Assembly (NCBI GenBank): GCA_041395725.1 | Contig: JAWKZW010000001.1 | Span: 919,127 to 983,126, forward strand | Length of the DNA: 64,000 bases | Direction of reading: 5' to 3' | Source: Gammaproteobacteria bacterium | Lineage (GTDB): Bacteria > Pseudomonadota > Gammaproteobacteria > Pseudomonadales > Pseudohongiellaceae | Translations under genes and position numbers: made by a program | Notes under the pieces: generated by a model | What the model was told of the DNA's origin: nothing | Database searches by the model: none | The model's input: the letters and a program-made list of their open reading frames with translations, nothing else | Shown: positions 57,649 through 64,000 of the stretch, piece after piece | Layout: the number at the start of each line of letters is the position of its first letter | Numbering within the stretch: the first letter of the stretch is position 1

Positions 57649-58302
57649 ATGCGAAAGGAGGACTACATAATCGCCTTCAGGCATTACCTTACAGTAGTTA
57701 ACCAAGCAGGCTTAATGTTGTTATTGCTGTTGGCATTGAACGACCACGCAATCGCACAACAGAATGAAAACAACACCGAGTCCCGGCAAACCGATCCGTC
57801 TAACTCATCGACGGTGCAGCAGGCCGCAGATGATTACGCTGAGCGACCAGTAATCAGCATCGAGCAGATAGCGGTGACAGGTCAACGTTCAATGTTCCCA
57901 TTGCGGTCTCAGATCGACGACGCTAAGAGAGCACTCTACTCAAGCTACAACGATCTCAACCTGGACGACGAGTTCGACATCAATTGCCGAGTGTCAGACT
58001 GGACGGGAACCCGTATCAGGGAATTGACCTGCTGGCCAGTTTTCTTCGAAAATGCAGTCGCGAATAGTGCCCAGGTTTTTCTTCGCAAAAATGGATTACG
58101 GGATCCTGTCGGGCAAATGCGAACTCAATATGGGGGAAAGTTCGATGAAATGCGGAACAACATCATCAAGGTGGCCCGGGACAATCCCGAAGTCGAAGAC
58201 GCCCTGATCGAGCTTGGTACCCTGGAAGCCGCCTATGAAAAAAAGCAGGCCGAGTGCCGACAAAATTCTTCTGTGTTGTTTATTTTCAGGAAATGCCGTT
58301 AA
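57649..58302 (+). CDS. Hypothetical secreted protein with TonB-box-like EQIAVTG motif
   Basis: 217-aa ORF with a hydrophobic signal-like segment (GLMLLLLLALNDHAIA), an N/Q/S-rich linker, then IEQIAVTGQR. I recognise no family. Confidence 0.5.
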   Translation: MRKEDYIIAFRHYLTVVNQAGLMLLLLLALNDHAIAQQNENNTESRQTDPSNSSTVQQAADDYAERPVISIEQIAVTGQRSMFPLRSQIDDAKRALYSSYNDLNLDDEFDINCRVSDWTGTRIRELTCWPVFFENAVANSAQVFLRKNGLRDPVGQMRTQYGGKFDEMRNNIIKVARDNPEVEDALIELGTLEAAYEKKQAECRQNSSVLFIFRKCR

Positions 58303-58470
58303 CACTTTAAGGAGCCTCTGATAGATCACCTAGAAGTCCTCTCATTGACGGGAAGCAGATATGATTTATTGTCCGCTTATATTTCCGCTGTTTCACTTCT
58401 CTTCAAGCCTCCACAAACAGAATTTTTATTGAATTTATGGTATGTATAGGACACGCGCCTGACCTCTCAA

Positions 58471-61400
58471 TCAGGTGAAGTCCCTGGAAGATAACTGCAT
58501 AGCGCCCAACCAATGGGTCAGATCCACCAGATCCCGGGCTATCAGGTGTGTCACCCCATCGCTGTGCTGCACATGGCCGGACACCCCCAGCAATCTTGCC
58601 TGGCGCACCACCGGGCGCCGCCTTTCCCCCAGCGCCGGCCAGACCACCACATTGATCGTACCGGTCTCATCCTCCATGGTAATAAATGTGACACCAGACG
58701 CTGTCATCGGGCGTTGTCGGCAGGTGACGATGCCTGCCACCTTGACCAGATTCTCATCCTGAAAGCCGGACAGCCTGTCAGCTCGACTGACCCGATAACT
58801 GTCCAGATGATCTCTTAGCAGGGACAGCGGGTGACGACGCAGGGTAAACCCTGTCGCCCCATAATCGGCCATGATGTTCTGGCTCTCGGTAGCCGGGGCC
58901 AGCATCACAGCAACGTCGATGTCGCCGCCACTATCACTGCCACTGTCAAACATATCCAGGCCCGCCCCTGTTTGCGGGAAACCGCTGTTTTCCGCAACAA
59001 CGCCAGCCGCATACCAGAAGGCACGATGCCTGTCGCCACTCAGACCCCGCAAGGCATCAGCCGCGGCCAGCGCTTCCAGGTCCTTCTTGTTGATACCACT
59101 GCGGAATACCAGTTCCTGGATACTCCGAAAGGTTACGCCTTTCACCCCACCTTGCTGTCGGTCTTTCTGTCGGTCTTGCTGCCCTTCTTTTACTTTATCC
59201 TTTGCCCCGTTTTCTGCCCCTGCTCCTGCCTTCTCTTTTACAACCCCTGTTGCCTCTTGTTTCGTTCCTTCTCCTGCTCTTTCTTTTGCCTTCCCTTTTG
59301 CCTTCCCGTTTGTCTTACCTTTTGTGTCTCCGGTTTCGTCTGCGGCCACACTGCCACCCGCCCGACGCAACTCGATGACAGGATTTTCCCGCGCCTCCAC
59401 GATGGCCCGCGCACCTGCTTCCGACAGACCCTTAACCTGGTTGAACCCAATACGCAGCGCGGGACTAGGGTTGCTGTTAAAGCGCCCTGCTGCTCCGTTG
59501 CCATCTGCTGGTGTATCCGACCGGACTGCTGTTTGCATGCCCGGGCCACCGACACCGTCTCTGGTGGTATCACCGGCACTGACAGATTGAAGGGCCTCAC
59601 TCAGCTCTTCCGCTCTCCGCCGTCTCGCTATCCCCGTTTCCGGGAACACCGACCGCCCCGTGCCCGCTGAAAGTTCCAGGGTGCACTCGTAAAAGCTGTG
59701 GTTCACATCTACCGGCAGCACCTTCACACCATGGCGCCTGGCATCCTGCAACAGCTGAGCTGGCGCATAAAAGCCCATGGGCTGGCTGTTCAGCAGCGCA
59801 CAGCAGAACGCCGCCGGGTGATAGCATTTGAGCCAGGATGATACATAGGCAATCAACGCAAAACTGGCGGAGTGTGATTCAGGGAATCCGTAATCGCCGA
59901 ATCCCTGAATCTGTCGGAACAGCCGCTCGGCGAATGCGTGCTCATAACCCCTCGACAGCATGCCTTGAATAAGCTTTTCGCGGTACTGCTCCAGGCCGCC
60001 CTTGCGTTTCCAGGCTGCCATCGCACGCCGCAGCTGATCCGCTTCGCCGCCGCTGAAGCCTGCAGCCACCATAGCCAGCTGCATCACCTGTTCCTGGAAG
60101 ATCGGTACCCCCAGGGTGCGCTCCAGAACGGCCTTTACCTCATCGCTGGGATAGGTCACCACCTCTTTGCCACTACGCCGCGCCAGGTAAGGGTGCACCA
60201 TGTCGCCCTGAATAGGGCCAGGCCGCACAATCGCGATCTGAATCACCAGATCGTAGTAATTGCGCGGCTTTAATCGGGGCAACATGCTCATCTGGGCCCG
60301 GGACTCGACCTGGAACACGCCTACCGTATCCGCCTCGCCCATCATGTCATAGACTTTGGGGTCTTCGGCCGGAATCTTCTGCATGGTCAATTCTTCGGCA
60401 CTGTAACTGCTCACCAGTTGCAGACATTTTTTCACCGCAGTAAGCATACCCAATGCCAGCACATCGATTTTCAGCAGCCCCAGAGCCTCCAGATCATCCT
60501 TTTCCCACTGGATCACTGTGCGATCAACCATGGAGGCATTCTCGATGGGCACCAGATGCGACAACGGCCCCTGGCTGATGACAAACCCCCCAACATGCTG
60601 GGAAAGGTGACGGGGAAAGCCGATCAGGCTGCGGCACAGATAAACCAGCCGCCTGATATCTGGGTCGGCGTAGTCGATACCGGAGTCAGACAGCTGCTCT
60701 TCCAGATCAGACCCCCACCAGTAGATGGATCTGGCAATAGCATCCAGGCGCTCTTTTTCCAGCCCCAACACCTTGCCCACCTCTCGAACAGCACTGCGGG
60801 AACGGTAGGTGATTACAGTGGCAGCCAGGGCCGCCCGGCCGCGACCATACTTATTGTAGATGTACTGAATAACCTCTTCACGGCGGGCGTTTTCGAAATC
60901 AACGTCAATGTCCGGTGGCTCATCCCGCTCCCGGGAAATAAATCGCTCGAACAACACCGCCACCCGATCCGGATCCACTTCCGTAATACCCAGGCAATAG
61001 CAGACCGCCGAGTTGGCTGCCGAGCCCCGGCCCTGACAGAGAATCTGCTGGCTCCGGGCAAAATCCACCAGATCATGGACCGTCAGGAAGTAATGCTCAT
61101 ACCCCAACTCTCTGATCAGTGCCAGTTCATGCTCTATGATGTTGCGTACTTTAGGTGAGGCACCGCCGGGCCAGCGGCGGCGGATGCCCCGCTCCGTCAA
61201 TTCCCGCAGCCAGCCATGGGGAGTGTAGCCCTCGGGTACCAGCTCCCGGGGATATTCATAGCGCAGTTCGTCGAGGGAAAAGTGGCAACGGCTGGCAATA
61301 TTCACCGTCTCTGCCAAGAGCGAACGCGGATATATTTTTACCAGTTGTTCTATTTTTCTCAGATGCCGCTCACCATTGGGTTCGGCGTCATAACCCAGCT

Positions 61401-62130
61401 CCTCCAGACGCCGCCCCAGCCGGATCGCCGTAACCGTGTCCTGCAGGATACGGCGCCGGGGGCTGTGCATGTAGACACCACCGGCAGCACAAAGAGGCAC
61501 AGCAAACTGTCTGCCCAATGTCTCCAGGTAGCCCAGCTCTTTAAGGTCGTTGCCGCGCAGCAACAGCTCCACGGCTATCCAGAGCCGATTCCGCAGCAGG
61601 CGCCTCAGCCACACCAGCTGCGAAACAACCACCTCTTCCGGCTGTTGCAGGTCCGGCACCCAGAGCGCCAGGCAGTGGGTCGGCAGATTGGCCTCCAGCA
61701 TAGCGCGATCGAGTCGGTACTCCCCCTTCCGCGTCTCACGCCGCGCGCAGGTAATCAGATGGCTCAACTCTCCGTAGCCGCTACGATTGGCAGCCAGCAG
61801 TACCAGCCTGAAAGCCTCCCCCGGCCCGGCTTCCGCACCAGCGGTGACAGTCAACTCAGATCCAATGATCAGCTTCAGGCCGACCTGCCGGGCCGCTACA
61901 TACGCCCTTACCACGCCACTCAGAGAGCACTCATCGGTAATGGCCAGCGCCTGGTAACCCAGGCGGTATGCGGTCTCCACCAGCTCCTCCGGAAACGAAG
62001 CGCCACGCAGAAAAGTATAGTTGGAGATACAGTGCAGCTCCGCATAGCCAGGCAGGTCATCGGACTGCTCAGGCGATTCCGGCTCAGCCCTGGGTGGCGA
62101 AGTGGTTTTGTGGGGGGATTTTCTGGCCAT
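58471..62130 (-). CDS. dnaE2: Error-prone DNA polymerase (DnaE2/ImuC) with two low-complexity insertions
   Basis: 1219-aa ORF. The PHP domain YAELHCISNYTFLRGASFPEELVETAYRLGYQALAITDECSLSGVVRA, the pol III alpha core and the OB-fold C-terminus are present. A LexA box sits 19 nt upstream of the ATG. Confidence 0.9.
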   Translation of the reverse strand: MARKSPHKTTSPPRAEPESPEQSDDLPGYAELHCISNYTFLRGASFPEELVETAYRLGYQALAITDECSLSGVVRAYVAARQVGLKLIIGSELTVTAGAEAGPGEAFRLVLLAANRSGYGELSHLITCARRETRKGEYRLDRAMLEANLPTHCLALWVPDLQQPEEVVVSQLVWLRRLLRNRLWIAVELLLRGNDLKELGYLETLGRQFAVPLCAAGGVYMHSPRRRILQDTVTAIRLGRRLEELGYDAEPNGERHLRKIEQLVKIYPRSLLAETVNIASRCHFSLDELRYEYPRELVPEGYTPHGWLRELTERGIRRRWPGGASPKVRNIIEHELALIRELGYEHYFLTVHDLVDFARSQQILCQGRGSAANSAVCYCLGITEVDPDRVAVLFERFISRERDEPPDIDVDFENARREEVIQYIYNKYGRGRAALAATVITYRSRSAVREVGKVLGLEKERLDAIARSIYWWGSDLEEQLSDSGIDYADPDIRRLVYLCRSLIGFPRHLSQHVGGFVISQGPLSHLVPIENASMVDRTVIQWEKDDLEALGLLKIDVLALGMLTAVKKCLQLVSSYSAEELTMQKIPAEDPKVYDMMGEADTVGVFQVESRAQMSMLPRLKPRNYYDLVIQIAIVRPGPIQGDMVHPYLARRSGKEVVTYPSDEVKAVLERTLGVPIFQEQVMQLAMVAAGFSGGEADQLRRAMAAWKRKGGLEQYREKLIQGMLSRGYEHAFAERLFRQIQGFGDYGFPESHSASFALIAYVSSWLKCYHPAAFCCALLNSQPMGFYAPAQLLQDARRHGVKVLPVDVNHSFYECTLELSAGTGRSVFPETGIARRRRAEELSEALQSVSAGDTTRDGVGGPGMQTAVRSDTPADGNGAAGRFNSNPSPALRIGFNQVKGLSEAGARAIVEARENPVIELRRAGGSVAADETGDTKGKTNGKAKGKAKERAGEGTKQEATGVVKEKAGAGAENGAKDKVKEGQQDRQKDRQQGGVKGVTFRSIQELVFRSGINKKDLEALAAADALRGLSGDRHRAFWYAAGVVAENSGFPQTGAGLDMFDSGSDSGGDIDVAVMLAPATESQNIMADYGATGFTLRRHPLSLLRDHLDSYRVSRADRLSGFQDENLVKVAGIVTCRQRPMTASGVTFITMEDETGTINVVVWPALGERRRPVVRQARLLGVSGHVQHSDGVTHLIARDLVDLTHWLGAMQLSSRDFT

Positions 62131-62144
62131 CGTACCAAATAAAT

Positions 62145-62189
62145 AATACTGTATATATATACAGTATTCTTCGGGTGGCCAGGTGTCAA
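62145..62189 (-). promoter_or_regulatory. dnaE2 promoter (TTGACA-17 nt-TACTGT) overlapped by a perfect 24-bp palindromic LexA operator
   Basis: AATACTGTATATATATACAGTATT at 62145-62168; CTGT-N8-ACAG core at 62149-62164. On the minus strand, the -35 TTGACA is at 62189-62184 and the -10 TACTGT at 62166-62161. Confidence 0.8.
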
Positions 62190-62334
62190 TCGATTGTGAA
62201 TGAAATCCCCTCGAATCAGCACACCGGGATGGGGCCGGAGCTCCAATCGAGGAGAAAGTCCGCCAGTGTCACAGATTTGCCACAAAAGCTCACAGAGCCA
62301 GGTTACATGGTTGACGGGTAAAATTAATCCTGTA

Positions 62335-62955
62335 ATGTATCAGCGCTCCAGTAATTCGAATAAAAACGATCCCGCCGTGAACCTGTACCTGCGACTCTTA
62401 CTTGTCCTGCTCAAGAATATGACGGTCAGTCCGCGCCATCACAGTCATGCCTGTGAAAGCCGGTTCCGCGTTTTACCTCATGATCTGGATGCCTTCGGTC
62501 ACATGAACAACGGCCGCTACCTGCAGATCATGGATGTGGCACGTGCCGAGTGGATGATGCAGACCGGCGTCGCCAGCGCCATCCGCCAGAACCGCTGGGG
62601 GCCTGTTCTGGGAGGCGGTTTTACCCGCTTCCGCCATTCAATGAAGCTATGGCAGAGTTACAGCGTCCTGACCCGCCTGCTCGGTTGGGATAACCACTGG
62701 TTTTACCTGGAACACTGCTTCCTCGATAAGCAGCAGCGCTATGTGGCGGTCGGCGTCACCCGGGCAGGTCTGCGCAAAAAGGGGGCATGGGTCCCCGCCC
62801 AGAAGGTTGCCAACATCGTGGCACCAGGTGCCACTTCGCCTCTGATACCGGATCACGTACTGGAATGGCTTGAACTTGAACAGCGTATGTACCAGCACGG
62901 CAAGGAACATTGGCAACAACACATCGAGATCAAAAATTACAAAAAGGCCGGCTGA
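62335..62955 (+). CDS. Acyl-CoA thioesterase (4HBT/hot-dog fold) family protein
   Basis: RFRVLPHDLDAFGHMNNGRYLQIMDVARAEWM is typical of the 4HBT_2-type. I prefer ATG 62335 to the track start at 62200. Confidence 0.7.
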   Translation: MYQRSSNSNKNDPAVNLYLRLLLVLLKNMTVSPRHHSHACESRFRVLPHDLDAFGHMNNGRYLQIMDVARAEWMMQTGVASAIRQNRWGPVLGGGFTRFRHSMKLWQSYSVLTRLLGWDNHWFYLEHCFLDKQQRYVAVGVTRAGLRKKGAWVPAQKVANIVAPGATSPLIPDHVLEWLELEQRMYQHGKEHWQQHIEIKNYKKAG

Positions 62956-64000
62956 TGTTTTTACTGAATACCAGAACTCGGGACTTTTTCCAGACCGTCA
63001 CTTCCCATCCACGCCTGGCACTCGTGGGTGCCCTGCTGATCATAGCGCTGACGGCTTCCGGATTAACCCAACTGGTCAAAGACACCTCAGTAAAGGCTTT
63101 CATCCCGCCAGGTCACCCGGCCCTGCTGGCTGACCAGAAAGCCGCAGAGCTGTTCGGTTTATCGGACACAATGGCCGTGGCTATCATTACCAACGACGGC
63201 AGTTCGATTTTCAGTGCCGGGACACTGGCACTCATCGATGAACTGACCCAACAGATTGCCGGCCTGCCCAATATTCAATTTGACCGGGTTTCAAGCCTGG
63301 CAACGGAATCCTCCATCAGCGGTGACGGTGGTGCAATCTTCGTAGACCCTTATATAGACCCTTTCGAGCTCAGCCCGGAGTTCATTGCCGACAGCCGGGC
63401 CCGCTGGCTTTCCATGACGCCCCATCAGGGCACTCTGGTCAGTGAGGACGAAAGCGGCGCTGTCATCATGGCCGAACTGGTGGATTCCGATCTGGCCGCC
63501 GAAACCTATCAGCAGGTGCTGGAGCTGACCGCCGGGATCGAAAGCGATGCCGTTGCCATTCATGTGGCCGGCCCGGCAGCAGTCAGTGGCTATTTGAGCA
63601 GCTACATCGACCAGGACGCCAGCAAACTCCAACCCATAGTTTTCATCGTCGTACTGGGTTTTATTTACCTGGCATTTCGCCGCTTCTCCGCCCTGCCCGG
63701 CCCGCTGGTTGTGGTCATCGGTGCCGCCGGCGGCGCCCTGGGTATCATGGCCTGGAGTGGCGTGCCCTACTACGCCATCACCAATGCCCTGCCGGTCATT
63801 ATCGTGGCAATCTCGGTGGCTGATGCCATCCATATTCTGTCCTCGTACTACCAGCATCGGGAACAGGAACCGGACGCCAGCGAGCGGGATCTGATCGTGT
63901 CGGCCATGGCCACCATGGCGCGACCAATAACCCTCACCTCCATTACCACCATGGCCGGTTTCATCGGTATCGCCCTCATATCAATCATGCCCCCGATCAG
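62955..64000 (+). CDS. RND superfamily / MMPL-type transporter, N-terminal 348 codons (continues beyond window end)
   Basis: Absent from the ORF track because it is truncated. Hand translation from ATG 62955 gives MFLLNTRTRDFFQTVTSHPRLALVGALLIIALTASGLTQLVKDTSVKAFIPPGHP...VIIVAISVADAIHILSSYY... It has the same architecture as the 20630 gene. The ATG overlaps the thioesterase stop (TGATG). Confidence 0.8.
   Translation, partial: MFLLNTRTRDFFQTVTSHPRLALVGALLIIALTASGLTQLVKDTSVKAFIPPGHPALLADQKAAELFGLSDTMAVAIITNDGSSIFSAGTLALIDELTQQIAGLPNIQFDRVSSLATESSISGDGGAIFVDPYIDPFELSPEFIADSRARWLSMTPHQGTLVSEDESGAVIMAELVDSDLAAETYQQVLELTAGIESDAVAIHVAGPAAVSGYLSSYIDQDASKLQPIVFIVVLGFIYLAFRRFSALPGPLVVVIGAAGGALGIMAWSGVPYYAITNALPVIIVAISVADAIHILSSYYQHREQEPDASERDLIVSAMATMARPITLTSITTMAGFIGIALISIMPPI

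Noticed and set aside
58475-62142. Plus-strand ORFs of 95-308 aa overlapping dnaE2 (e.g. 58831-59670, 60418-61158, 61216-62142)
   Set aside because: They are antisense to a well-supported polymerase gene. The 58831/58871 ORFs merely translate the CT-rich strand of the low-complexity insert.

Overview
This is a 64-kb chromosomal window from a high-GC Gram-negative bacterium. Gene content, the pepP-ubiH and zapA-ssrS-5FCL synteny, and two CTGT-N8-ACAG LexA boxes point to a gammaproteobacterium; anything finer is a guess. I can support about 58 protein genes, one ncRNA (6S RNA), one clear pseudogene, two LexA operators with promoters, three terminators and several small repeats. I saw no rRNA, tRNA, CRISPR array, transposase or integrase. 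Backbone genes: AsmA (partial), an MFS transporter, fused isobutyryl-CoA mutase IcmF, an ABC-2 pair, RlmI, a DUF748 giant protein, an MsbA-like ABC exporter, crp/vfr, ubiI/ubiH/pepP, zapB-like/zapA/6S RNA/5-formyl-THF cyclo-ligase, imuA-imuB and dnaE2. Atypical parts: (1) a BlaI repressor, an M56 (BlaR1-type) protease fused to a TonB C-terminal domain, and a TonB gene, wedged between ubiH and ubiI. (2) An RND/MMPL, LolA-like and DUF1302 three-gene envelope module, plus a second MMPL gene coupled to a thioesterase at the window end. (3) An SOS mutasome split into imuAB and an inverted dnaE2 12.5 kb away, each with its own LexA box; dnaE2 carries two low-complexity insertions. (4) A low-GC island of about 10 kb between them, carrying a TonB2-type DUF3450/TtpC-like/ExbB/ExbD/TonB cluster with two TPR genes. 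(5) A low-GC glycan island with three different methyltransferases, a KpsS/KpsC-like enzyme, a flippase and a GT4. (6) A decayed phospholipase-D gene next to a small repeat family. All family names come from motif recognition by eye, not from database searches, and coordinates of non-ORF features are hand-counted.
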